A DNA stretch of 64,000 nucleotides from contig NC_087436.1 of assembly GCF_036321535.1 (NCBI RefSeq), forward strand, positions 48,982,001-49,046,000. The letters are read 5' to 3'. Shown here one piece after another: positions 39,204-52,072 of the stretch. A model generated the notes under the pieces. It saw only the letters and a program-made list of their open reading frames with translations. It made no database searches and was not told the origin of the DNA. A program made the translations under genes and the position numbers. Every line of letters starts with the position of its first letter. The stretch's first letter is position 1. This DNA comes from Camelus dromedarius. Lineage: Eukaryota.

Positions 39204-42200
39204 CTGTTAAATGAACACATGTACATGTGAGGCATTCTGCTGAGGTTTCTTGTTTCTTCATTACAAACAACATCACTACAGGATTATTGTCAGCAAGGAA
39301 AAAGGCTGTGTGTCTTCATGGGTGTTCTTGGGAAGTGATGTGTGGTAGCTCCCCCAAAGGTTGGAATCCTATGAAATTATGAGCAAGAAGGGAGTGAGAA
39401 TGAATACTTCTGACAAGTCAGAAAGATTATACCCAACTGTCATGTTTTGTCTTTAAAATATCCCATTGCTACTATATTAGGCTACATAGCCAGTCTTCAG
39501 GCTAGAGGGAAAATGTCTAAAAACACAGTTCATAACTTCTTCTGGACACATTTGCTTTTAAATCAAGGGAAGATTTTTAATTAGTGAAACACCTTTCAAT
39601 TTTGTTTGTCTCTATTATTAAAAAATAATTACCCCTCTCAGTGGGTAATACACAAAACTCAATGAAATAGAAAACAATTGCACATGATTAGATTTGTTCT
39701 TCGCTTCACAGTCACGAACCCAGGAGGAGTGAGGCTGTGGTAGGTTAAACAAATTCCAACTACAGTTTTTCATGGCTTATCTTCAATACTATGCATATCT
39801 TTTTATTTCAAAATTATTGAACTGCCAAACAGAAACTTTTAATTAAAAAAATCACAGTACTGAGGAGATAATGAGATAAATGTGAAGCCTCACAGGTAGC
39901 CAAGATTTTATACAAAGTCCAATGTAAGAAAGCTAAATGTCATCAAGGATGAACGTCCCACAGCAATGTAAAACTTTGGAAGCCACAAACTAGGTCACAG
40001 ATGAAACTAGAGGAGTGATAGATCGTGGGGCAGTGTGGAGGTGTGTGTGTGAATGAATTTGCTTCAAGCTTGAAGTCATTACAAACTTAATTTCCATCTT
40101 AGTCTCTGCGGTTGCAGGAGTCATTTTATTTCCTTTAAGCTAAGATGATTCTAGTAACTGACAGACGCCTTTACTTCTGACACTACTTCCTGAGACTGTA
40201 AAACTCTACAAAAGGGCTTATAAAGAGTCTGTCTGGGTGAAAAAAGTGCACAGATCACAATTATGGAAATAGAAATAGAGTATATTCTCTTGGCTGACTC
40301 CACTAACAAAGCAAGATACCTGGAGAAACATAATAGTGGAGTTTATGGTTCAACGTAAAGAGACTGCCCCCAAGAATGTGAAGAGACACTTAAAAGTAGT
40401 GAGCAGTGCTCTCTCCCTGGCCCAGTAATTTCAGGAGTCCAGGCAGAGGCTTGGTAAGCAAACCTCTGTGGAGGATGCTGTGAAGATAATTCCAGCGTGC
40501 ACTAGAAGGTGCACTAGATTGGTCTCTGGACAATCCTGACTTGCAGGTAAATATGCTTCTGAGCCATCTGTCTGGGAACTATTCTTCCTTAATCAGGAAA
40601 GAAGAAGGATTTGACAAATAGTATCTAAGAGCACATGGTGTTAGAAGGCTTGGGTGATTTGGTGCCAAAGAAACAATCTACAGAAGTTATTTAAGAAGAG
40701 AATCATGCCAGGAGAGGTGTTCTGCAGCCTTCATGTCTTGAACTATGTTATGGGAATTTGGGGATGCTGGTTAATTTATAATGTTTTTATTGGAAGGTAG
40801 AAGAAGCCTGCCTCTCAGCCCCCCAAATTCAAAAGGAAGAGTTACGAACAGGTGTCATTACTATGAACTATTTTGGATATAAAAGAGGAAGGCAGATCAC
40901 TGGGGAGGAGACACAGTGAGCGGGCTGTATTTGCAACTTCATCTTCATGAGTCTCCCTTTGGCTGCTCCTTCAGAAAGGTTGGGGGTTGGGAGCCAGAGG
41001 GCAGAGGGGGAGCGATGGGGGGTTCTTTTCTCCTGGGATAATGAAACAGCTCACAGACAGAAGAGTCAGCAGTAGAGAGCTGGCAAGCCAGTACGGACAG
41101 TATTCAATTATTATTTAAAATTACCTTGAAAATATAAGGGGTACTATTCAAAACTGTCCTAACTGATATCTGCTTTTCCAAGTTCTAAACATTTTGTGCC
41201 TTATAAAAAGAATAATCTATCAATTTGGGGGCCTACCACGGAGAAGGGAGTCTTTCCTTATCTTTGGCCAAGAAATTTCCTAAAATATATTCTCACCTTC
41301 TTTTTTGTTCTAAATCCCACGACTCAATGACTATATCAGTTTAACTTATTTCACAGATTTTCCAGTAGCTGCACTTTAAATGTACATCAGATTTTATTAA
41401 TTAAGAGTTTCTTAGATTTTTCTAATCCTGATCAACGTCTTGTTCAGAACCAAGTTAGTGGGTCACAGTGGTTGAAATCAAGTGCTAGTCAGGATATTCA
41501 ACTTCAGAAACGTCTCTGTTCACCTTCTCAGTCAATTTAGAGTTAAGCAACCTTGTAAGATATCTTTGTTTGCTCTTTTGACTCAAGTTTATTGTGGGAA
41601 CAATGACTTGCATCATTTTCCGGTCAGGTCTCTGAACACTTTCTCTGTTTGCATTTCTTAAACCAACAAACTCTCCACCATGCATTGTGTGCACAAGTTT
41701 TGTTTCTGTAAGATCCTTCTCTACCTTTAAAACATTTATCTTTTAGTTATACTACATTTTTACATATTTGTAACACATAGGTACGACCAATGTAGATCAC
41801 TCAAGTCATCAGTCAACTATAATGTTTTATTTCTTGGTAAGGCAACAGAAGAACTAAATATTTAGGAAAGAAGGAAAAATAGAACTTGAAGAATGAATAT
41901 TTTCCAATAGTTAGCATAAACTGAAAGACTGTGTCAAAACTAAAGGGAAATGGAGGCTAAAAGGACATTTAGATTGTTTTATCCAAAATATGCTACTGGG
42001 TGTGAAAACAGTACCGTGTAGCTGATCCACCCCCTTGCCTTTCCTCTTTCACCCCCAAGCTTTATTTTTCCAGCAGTGATAATGAATTTTCACTACTCTA
42101 GCCACAAATTTCATGGGTAACATATGTGGGGATTCCTGGCCAAGGAGGCTTATGTAAAAGGAGTTTGCTGCAGCTTTGGAAAAGGATAATCCAACCTAAG

Positions 42201-42854
42201 ATCAGCTCTGCCACTTTTCACAGTGAGCACGTGATGGACAAAATAAATCAGTTATCCTCACAGAGCCTCAGTTTCCTTATCTGTAAAAGGGGGTTGAAAA
42301 CCGTCACCGTGTTATCCTTAACACTGGATTAAAAGCAAGGATCTTCAAAACAGCGTAAATGTTAGTTATTTCCATAGGCCTGGGAATGACAGGGTTCCTT
42401 TCTCTCTACTCTTGAACTTTCCCAGGACCTGGAGCAAACAGTTATCCCATTATTTTACAGTTATCAACTTGTCAAGAAAAATGCACGTCTCTGAAGTGGG
42501 TGGATAGCTATGTTCAGATGGGAGAGGAAGGGAAGGAAAAATTGGGGGTGTTGCTCATGGAGGAAAGTCAGGAGAGAGCTGGCATTAGGAATCCTGGGTA
42601 GGTTTCCTGCCATGGGTGTCTGCCTAGGGAGAACCTGGTCCTTTAGAGAGATGAGAAAACAGCCGACAGCAAAGGCGTGGCTGGGGAGGGCTGATGGCAG
42701 TCAACACTGAGAGCCTGTGCTTGGCTTGGAGTTCACAGGTGCTCTGTCTGCTTCTGTCTATTGCTGTGGCTTTTTGGGGTGGATTTTAAGGAGAGGTAAT
42801 TGATTTAATGTTTTCAAATTATAAAGTTATATGTAGTTTTGAGGTGAAGTGCCT

Positions 42855-43080
42855 AGACATTGCACCCGACTTCCTGGATTCAAACTCCACTTCCAACATT
42901 TATTAGATCTGTGACCTGGAACAAGTTATTTAACTCTGTGCATCAGTTTCCTCATCTGTAAATTAAGGATAACATTAGTAAAAACTTATAAAGTGATTGT
43001 GAAGATAAAATGAGTTAGTGTTTGTTAAACACAGCAGTGTCTGAAAGAATAGATACTGTGTAAATGTTTGCTATTATTTT
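42855..43080 (+). mobile_element. MIR SINE
   Basis: ctgtgacctggaacaagttatttaactctgtgcatcagtttcctcatctgtaaa. Confidence 0.8.
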
Positions 43081-43295
43081 TAGATGCAGTCCCTGTTTAT
43101 TAGCTGTAATATGGTTTTCACTGTATTCTTAGCTGTATTCCAGTTTTGTGTATAATCATCAAAGTATTTTCATGCACGTATAAACATACATACAGCAGTT
43201 AGTTTTCTTTTTAAACAATGGCTTCATATACATATTCTTCTGTATCTTGCTTTTTCAACTTTAACAGTATATAGTGGGGGTTTTTTTGGTAAGCA

Positions 43296-43350
43296 TATAT
43301 ATATGTGTGTATATATATATGTGTGTGTGTGTATATATATACACACATAT
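43296..43350. repeat. Mixed (TA)/(TG)/(CA) microsatellite
   Basis: Directly visible. Confidence 0.9.
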
Positions 43351-43789
43351 CTTTATTCTTTATAATAGCAGTTTAGTTGTCAGACACTGCTATTTGCCTG
43401 CCCAATATCTATTCTCTCATTTGCTTTTCATAAATCAAGCCCTGAATAGATAGATAAAAATGCTTACTTCTTAGATTCTTTTTCAAATTACGTCTCATTT
43501 ATGGTGAAAGGGGTGTAAGCAGAAATCTCTTAAAAGAAGTTTCAGTTTATAAAGAGGCAAATTTGGTTGAAATGGCCCTTCTTTCATCCTCCACCTCTCA
43601 TGATTCTTGCCTTCTTTTTACTGCCTGGAATGTGGATGTCAGTCCTGGAGGTGCAGCAGCCATGCTGAAACCATGAAGTCCTAGTCACAAAGATTAAGAC
43701 CTACACATGGATGGTGTTGTAGAAATAAATAACAAAAATAAAACTTATAGCCTCATTTGTTTTTGAATTTTTTATAAACTACTAAATAA

Positions 43790-45210
43790 CTAGTGAGAAA
43801 TAGAAGAAATCACAAAAGCAAATAGAAGATGTTTATTCTGAGAGATAAGAAAAATGTTACATGTGAAATGTAGCTAAAGTTTTGTTTATGGAGAATTTAT
43901 AGCCTTAAATTTATATATAAGAAAATTTTCAAAACTGAAAATTAATGACTTAAGAATCTAACAAAAAAAGTCTTAAAAAAAGAAAAGAAAACACATAAGC
44001 CAAAAGAAAATGGAAGAAAGGAAATTAAGAACAAAACTTTTAATGAAATTGAATATCTCTTCAACTCAGGCTTCAGTTAATTCCCACATATTTATTGCAA
44101 GGAACATGAGATCACAAAAAAAATTCCTAAAACATAACAAGGAAACAAGGTACCGTGAGACAGATACAAGAAAAAGCATAGACACAATTATATCCACAAA
44201 GTCTTAAAATATTGGAATTATTAGCAGGGATATATGAAAAGTGTGTTTAGTTGGTCTAAATAAACAGTAGTTTGAAATTATAAGCAAGAAACAAGAGGCT
44301 ACAAAAATAAAGTAGATTTTAAAAGAATGAAATAAAACTTTGAAAAGTAAAACTCATAATAATTAAAATTGTAGAAGTCAATGGAATAAAAAACTCAATA
44401 AAAGGGTAAAATAGTAAATTACATAAAGATGAAGGAATGAATAAACCAAGCCAAAGAAATTATATATGAAATGCAACAGAGAGAAGTGAAGAGATGGAAA
44501 ATGTGCAATGTAGCTTAGGAGACGTTGAGATGAGGCAGTGAGAAAAGACAAATTACCTACAAAGGGATTACTGTGAGACTCACGGCTGCCTTTACAACAG
44601 CAGTGACACAAGCTGGAAGGTGGTAGAATAACACACTTAGAGCGCTGAGAGAAAATAACCACACCCTAGCCTAGCAGAACTGTCTCAAAGTGATGGTAAA
44701 GTAAACGCATTTTAGAAAAACAAGATCTTAGTTTACCACCAAAAGAGTCTCATTAAAAATAACTCTGAAAGATGTACTTTACTCAGAGGACAAATGGTCC
44801 CAAATGGAAGATTGAGATGCCAAAAGGAATAGGATGGATATGAAGAGGGAAAGATAAACTATATGGAATGTTAATCCAGAAAGAAGGCCACCTGAACAAG
44901 TGGAGAGAAACAAATGAGTGTTAGAGCAATAACCAATAAGACTGACAAAATTCTCTAGTCTTTCTTGTCCTGAAATATTTACTCGCCTTTTACATTTTCC
45001 ACTTTGCAAAAAGGAAGCACAGCTAAGCATATAAATGGAGAAATTTCTAAATTCCAAGCATAAAGAGAAATTCTCACAAGCTTCCTGCAAGAAAAAAATT
45101 GGGTGAGACTAGGACTTGAATTAAATATTTTATGAGTAACACTGGATGCTAGAAGATACGCAAATAATGTGTAAAGAATTCTGACAGAAAAAGATTTTGA
45201 TCTTGGCCTC
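43790..45210 (+). mobile_element. Patchwork of ancient L1 ORF1/ORF2 fragments
   Basis: A-rich, with gtagctaaag...atttatagccttaaat (ORF2 post-endonuclease region) and ORF1-like motifs. Heavily decayed. Confidence 0.55.
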
Positions 45211-46494
45211 TGGTTATTTATAATTTAGGTTAAAAGGCCACCGCTTTCAAGTATAGGTGAACTTGGGTAGTAGCCACCCTTGTAATCTCTAAGGAAACCT
45301 TACTGTAGTAAGAATACCAGTTAAATGGAAATAGGACCCAAACAGCTCAGTACAGCGAAAGACAAAAAGAAGCAAGTGTAGAGACTCACTCTCTTCAAAC
45401 TCCCAATGAAAACATTCAACAAGTAACAGGGTCCTGCTAGAAAGGTTAGAAATATTAGTGTTTGAGGCTAATAGCTCTCTGAGGAGACAAGGGATGGGCA
45501 AATATTCACTGTTTTGCCTAGAGGAAAAACAAGGGCTTGGAGGAGCTTAGAGGAAAGCCCAGAGATGAACAATTCCTTCTGCTGCCCAGGAAGGTCTGAT
45601 GCAACTCAAGGTAGGGAAACTAAGGCCAACAATTAGAGCTGGTGTTTTATCAAGGCAGAGCTAGTGCAAGAGATAAAAGAGAACTTCAATGAGTATGAAG
45701 GTGAGGATACTGAAACAGAGGCAGGTGGAACAGATGCACACAGGGCCTTCTGGGTATATCACATTTTTTCTCAAAATGTAACATTTATTATAGTAAATTT
45801 TAAAAAAAGAGGAAAAAAGTTTCAATGTCAAAAGCAAGTCGTGTTTCAAAATACAAAATTGTTTTGATTCGGGTTTGGAGTGCAAGGCAATTTAAACAAA
45901 ACGACTTTCTCTTCTTTAAAAAAAAAAAAAGGCCTTATGGGAGTTCAAAAATCACATAGAAAGGAAAGCTTATAAAAATGAAGAGTTGAAGTGTAGAGTA
46001 AACAGCATAACTGAATACATCTTTGTTCCAAATTTTATACCAGAGATGGAATGACCTTCATAGTTAATTATATCCTTGTGTCTCGCAGGCAGTGCAGCAC
46101 ACGTGACTAATGCACTTTAGCTTGGCTCCTTTCTATTGCGCACTGCATGTGCGCTGCATCAAATTCCCTGGTAAAAATGTTCAAGGTAGTGTGTATAATA
46201 AAATGTTCTCTGGGTGTCACAACAATATTACTTCTCCTCTGACAGTATCATTAGAATGTTATCTACATTGATTAATATTCACCTGCCAATTCAAATAGAA
46301 ACATATATGGTGGATAAAAATAGTCACACACACCTTGTCCCTCTTATAAAATATAAAGACTAACGTGACTTCTTGGTGGAACTCGATCTAAAACATCAAA
46401 AATATGACTGGAGAAGCAAGAGCTAATTTTAATACTGATTCTCATTTCAATAATTTTAATAATAATGCTTTCCTCTTAAACAAAGTTAGATTCT

Positions 46495-46910
46495 TTTTCC
46501 CCTATTTTTATTGTGGTAAATACATATATAACATAAAATTTACCATGTTAATTACTTTTATAAAGCGTGTGGTTCAGCAGCATTAAGGACATTCACATTG
46601 CTGTATAATCATCACCACCATCCATCTCCAGGACTTTTTCATCTTCTCAGATGGAAACTCCAAATCCATTAAATAATTTCCCATTCCCTCCTAGCCTCTG
46701 GCAACCACCATCCTAGTTTTTGTCTCTATGAATTTGGCTACTCTAGGTCCCTCATGTAAGTGGAATCATAGAATATTTGTTTTTTTATGAATGGTTTATT
46801 TCACTTAACGTATTGTCTTCAAGTTCATCCACATTGTAGTAGAAAATCAGAACTTCCTTTTTAAGGTCGAATAACATTCCATTGTATGTACAGACCACAT
46901 GCTGTTTATA
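46495..46910 (-). mobile_element. L1 3' end (L1MB-like)
   Basis: tttttattgtggtaaa...acataaaatttaccat...cattcacattg...catcaccaccatccatctccaggactttttcatc. Confidence 0.85.
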
Positions 46911-47442
46911 GAATGTATATTCTTTAAAAGTAATTTTGATATTAAGCATTATACACTATGACTGCAGTTATATTAATTATAATATGTTGTGTCTAGCCCA
47001 TAAAAGCAACCATTATCAAACACCTATTACGTACCAATTCAAAAATATATATATTATCTATAATCTTCCACACAAGACTTAAAGTGGGATCCACACTAAT
47101 TTTAGAGATGAGGAAACTGAACACAGTGAATGTGAGTACAAGTTATCCAGTGGCTCACAGAGTACACAGAGGGGATGGGATTCAAACCAGACATGCTTGG
47201 TTCTGAAGCCTGGGCTATCCTCCCTCTATGCCCGGACTGCTCGTGCTGTGATCGAGGTACACTGTGTTATATGCAGTGGAATTGTGCTGGACACACAGAC
47301 ATACAGTTCAGTTCTGACTCTGCCACCCACTAGCTGTGGGACCTTGGCCAAGTCACTTGGAGTCACTAAATTGCTTCCTCTGTGGAAAAGGAGTAAGAAC
47401 AGTTGTGGTATTAATGATGAAAAGACCTAACATTTTTGAGTA

Positions 47443-47743
47443 CAGGCAGCCCTCTGTACCTGCAGGTTTTACACCCACAGATTCCACCAACCAAGGATTG
47501 AAAAAAAAATTTTTTTTTTAAATTCCAGAAAGTTTCAAAAAGCAAAACTTGAACTTGTGCATCCCCGGCAGTGATTTTCATGGCATTTACATCGTGTTAG
47601 GTGTTATAAGTAATCTAGAAATGCTTTACAGTATATGGGGAGATGGGCAAACACTGTGCCATTTTACGTAAGGGACTTGAGTATTTGTGGAGTTTCCGCA
47701 TGGATCCTGGGATCAGTTCCCCGCGGATAAGGGGGGACGGCTA
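47443..47743 (-). mobile_element. MER2-like non-autonomous Tigger (Tc1/mariner-pogo) DNA transposon, within MIR fragments
   Basis: ta|caggcagccctctgtacc left end, ggataaggggggacggcta right end, and internal ttataagtaatctaga and gggacttgag motifs. Confidence 0.8.
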
Positions 47744-50700
47744 CACTCACTTTGTGCTATATACTGAGCCTGTCTTGCACTAGCTCTTCAGTCCTCACAA
47801 AAACACTACACAGTAGGTTATTTTATTCTCTGTCTTTTATTTCCACATGAAGAAGCTAAAACACACAGAGGTGAAGGCCCAAGGTCACACCACAGGAAAT
47901 AGATTCAAGCCAGAAACCGAGCCAGTCTGGCTCCTACACCTGCATTTTAACCATAGTCACTGCTCTGCTTGGAGGTTGTGAGAATCGAGATAAAGCAGGC
48001 AAATTGCTCACCTCGGTGTGTGACACCCAGAAACCTCTCCAAAAATGTCAGTCGTTATTTTCATGACCATGACTGACTTGCCATTTGCCTACACCTGATG
48101 CTGAATGGTGCACCTGCTTTTCCTCTTTTTCCCCCCTTGGAAGTTCCAAGGGTGGGAGGGGAAACTGAGCATCCATCAGGAAATGACCCTTCTTGGCTCC
48201 GGACCTGCTCTAGAAAAAAGCATAAAACAGCAAGGACTTCTACAAAGTCGGTTCAATACTAGGCCTGATGTGCTCTCATCTTACTCAGGCTGAATTCAAA
48301 TGAGGTGGGGATATAGCCCCTGTGTGCTGTTTGGCATAATATAAGCCCCTGAATTTTTAAAAATCTGATTTTCTTCCAGTACCCTGAAGCTAAATCACCA
48401 ACGCAAGCAAGTTTCTGAGAAATTCGCTGAAAATGTTGTGCTTCTCAAGTTGAAAAAAAAAGTTGAAAAGCAAGAAGTGGCTAAAATAAAATATATGTCC
48501 TAACATGCATAGCTTATTATTACTTTAAACATTCCAGGTCTTTATTTATTTGGAACAAGGTCCCTAGCTGTTATTATTTAACAATGGCTACCAATAAATA
48601 ATCATAGATTTTGATTTCCATTGTAATGTTGAAATCTCACATGTCTCTTAATAAAGGAGAGCTGGAGATATGTTGCCATGTACCAAGCTTAAGGTTTCGC
48701 TTAAAGCTTTGCTTACCAACACCGAGTCACACTGACTCGATGCCCCAAAGACCAGACAAGTAAGCACATGTACACCATTCAACACTTATTTGTGAAGGAA
48801 CCTGGAGAATCGTTTGACTGTGGAGAAGACAAGGATAATGTAACACCAGAACCTGACCCTGAACTAATTCCTAATTTCATCACAACCATATATGTTTTTA
48901 ATTAAATAAGAATTAAAAAATATCAGAATTTGAAGTTAAGCTAGCAATGTTATGAATTCCATAGTTTTTAAAGAAATCTTGTACCTACTTTAATATCAAT
49001 TTCTTAAATTATATTCTGGGCTTGAGCTGGTACTATGCTTTACATTTGGTATGTAAAAGTGAATAAAATAATGGTAATGGTCCTTTCTGTCAAGAAATGT
49101 ATAATCTGGAAGTAAGTTGGGTTATTAAAGTCACAGGATAAATCAGTACTTTCCATTCCTCCCCTAAGACATAACAACTGATATCTGTGCCCTTATCCAG
49201 TGAATACTCAACTTGTATCTCTTCCAAGAATTAGTTGTGTTCCACAACAAACCTGATTATGTCAGTTGTACTTCTTATTGTAATTACATTATTTTAATTT
49301 AAACTTACATAAACTGATGATCTATGAGAATAAAACAGTGTGTGTGTTTCCATGAAAACAGCTTTAATGCTTTGGAATGATTTGATAAATCTAAGTTGCC
49401 AAAACACTGCTGCTCTACTTAGAGTTGAATGAGATGACTGTAAATGACTGAGGAGAAAATTACTTAGAAAAGATTCTGCAAACAGATCACTTTGCAATTT
49501 AAAATATCAGTCAATATTTAAAAACTGGTGTGCAGATATGATTATGACACACTGTGACCTGCTCTTAGCAGAGTGCAGCCTAGAGGCCAGGCCCGCTGGG
49601 GAAGAGACCCACAGAGGAAATGGGAAAGCGAGGTGAAGAGAGGAGGGCAAGTGTCCTGAGTAGAGGGGGCTGCAGCCTGTCCAAAGTCTTGGTGCAAAAA
49701 CAGATTTAAAAAAAGCTTAGTGTGATGAAAGCACAAAGGTTAAAGTTGTGGTAAGGAGATGGGTCTAGAGAAATCATCAGGGAACAGAATTTGAAGCCCT
49801 TGTTAAGGAATCTGGAATTTTTAAGAACACTGGGAAGTCAAGGAGGAATTTTTAAATATGTGAGTGATGTGATCAGATTGTCTTCATGAGATCACTTTGG
49901 CCTCAGTAAAACCAGCTTTCGGGTAAGAGGATGGAGAACAAGGCTGAAGGCAAGGAGACAGTGGAATGGCCATGAAACTAGATGGTCTAGTTGCTAGGGG
50001 AGAGATTGGGGGCATGTAAGCTTAGTCTAGTTGCCGAGAGGATAGAGAGAACTGAACAGATCAAGAGAAATTTAGACGAAGAAATTAGCATGAACTATGA
50101 GCAATCAGTGTAGGGAAAAAGGAGAAACAAAGTCAAAGCTGACTCTCAGATTTCTGACTGTTAATGAGACAGTGGTGCCATTTAAAGAAATAGAGAACAA
50201 TGGAGAAAGAACAGGTAGGGGAGCTAAGGTGATAAAGTCTATCCTGTTCTGTCTCATTATACAGACAAGGAAGTTAATTTCTAGAGAAGGTAAGTCTTTT
50301 ACCTTAAATAACAGAGTCAGAAACTCAGTTCTGGTCTTCTGATCATCTCCTCCTCCCTCCCCGTGCAGTCCCCTTTCTACCCATATAGTATAAATACTCA
50401 TTATTATACCTAGGGTTTTATTTCAAACAGATCACTACCAGCCCCCCAATATGATTATACATGCTCTTTTGTCCCCCTCCATGTTGTATTTCGTATCTGC
50501 CCCCATAAACCTCAAAAACCTTGGCTTAGCATTGCATTGAACCCTACAGATTTAAGTTTCACACAGTAAAATCGTGTATCAGTTTCAGTGGAAATCTGAC
50601 CCACAGAAAGATGAATGGAGCAGGCCTTCTGTGAAATAGGTTGAAAATAATTGCATGTCAGGCAGGTTTTGGAGAGGAGCCAGTGAAGTATTAAGTGAAA

Positions 50701-51212
50701 ATATGGAGGAGCAGACCCTCCACTGCTCTGAATTTGAAAGCTCACACACTGGGGCAGGGAAATATTTTATCTTCATTTGAAGGGCATGTGATTTATTCCC
50801 TCTGACTGCTAATTGCAGCAGAAAGGAGAGAAGTGGATTTCAAAAGGGAATTCAGCAAAGCTTACCTGGCTTGCAAAATGCTTAAGTGGCATTGATTTGA
50901 ATGTATAGGCTCCTATGGTGATCAGCACAGTGCTGCCAAAACAATTAGAAGCTAAATGAATGGGTACTTTCAGGAAATGTCTTTATATGAAGTCTTTAAT
51001 AAGAGTGAGTAAAAGAGGACAAATTTTAAGCCCTGATTAGAAAATGAGTTTTACTTGGGAAATTCCTCTCTGTATTTAATTTTTCTGTTGTAATGGTTCT
51101 ATTGTGGAGAATGCAAAATTTTGATTGGAGGAGACATAGTGATTTTATCCATTTGTTCATTCATTTAACAAATATTGACTGAGCAGTCATTGTACCAGGC
51201 ATTGCTCTAGAT

Positions 51213-51439
51213 CAGTGGTTTTCAACCCCAAATTTTGCCTCCTCCTCCAACACACCCAGGATATTTGACAATGTCTAGAGTCATTTATGATTGTCACCAT
51301 CGGGTGATGAGGGGGCTACTGGCATCTATTGTGTAGAGGTAACAGACGCTGCTGCTATTCTGCCATGCACAGGACAACACCCCGCAACAAAGATTTAGCC
51401 AGCCCAAGTGTCACTAGTGCCAATGTTGAGAAATCCTTT
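51213..51439 (+). mobile_element. MER20 (hAT-Charlie) DNA transposon
   Basis: cagtggttttcaacc...gctactggcatcta...caatgttgagaaatcct. 8-bp TSD ctctagat / ttctagat. Confidence 0.85.
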
Positions 51440-51727
51440 TTCTAGATGCCAGCAATACAGCAATGAAAAAACTGAGAAAAACATCAGCTCTTATGAAACA
51501 CATTTTAGCGATGGGAGAGAAACAAAAAAATGATTAACAAAGAAATATATAGCATGACAGGTAGTGATAAGGCACTATGAAAGAAAAGAAGGCAGACGGT
51601 GGGTAGTGGTTACTACTGCATAGAGAGAAGTCACAGAGGGCCTCCTGAATAAGGGACTTTTGAGCAGAACCCTAGAAAACAGGAAGTCAAGTATGGGAGT
51701 GGGGACTGGCCCCATCTTGTCTTTTAA

Positions 51728-51728
<1 letters not shown>

Positions 51729-51783
<55 letters not shown>
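51729..51783. repeat. (GATA)n tetranucleotide microsatellite
   Basis: About 13 perfect tandem TAGA units. Confidence 0.97.
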
Positions 51784-52072
51784 GTATTTGCCAATTGTGC
51801 ATGAATTCAGGGTAAAGATAAACTTAAAGTAATTTATGGACAAATTATCTGAGTGTCGTTGCTTTTTCCCCCTCTCTATTACCAAAACCATTATGCTGAT
51901 TTAGATATAGAGTATACCATTCTCCAAACTTTATACATTTTAGAGAAATGGAAGGTTGCCTTTCTTCATGACCAGTTGAAACAGACTCTTTTATATCAGC
52001 TTAATTATTGTAGGCCACAGGTTCCAAAAGGAATATACAAAAGAGCAATCCATGCAGAAGTATACATGTATA

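Noticed and set aside
38899..39276. 125-aa ORF as a standalone gene
   Set aside because: Only 39016-39203 is exon; the flanks are intronic read-through past strong splice sites.
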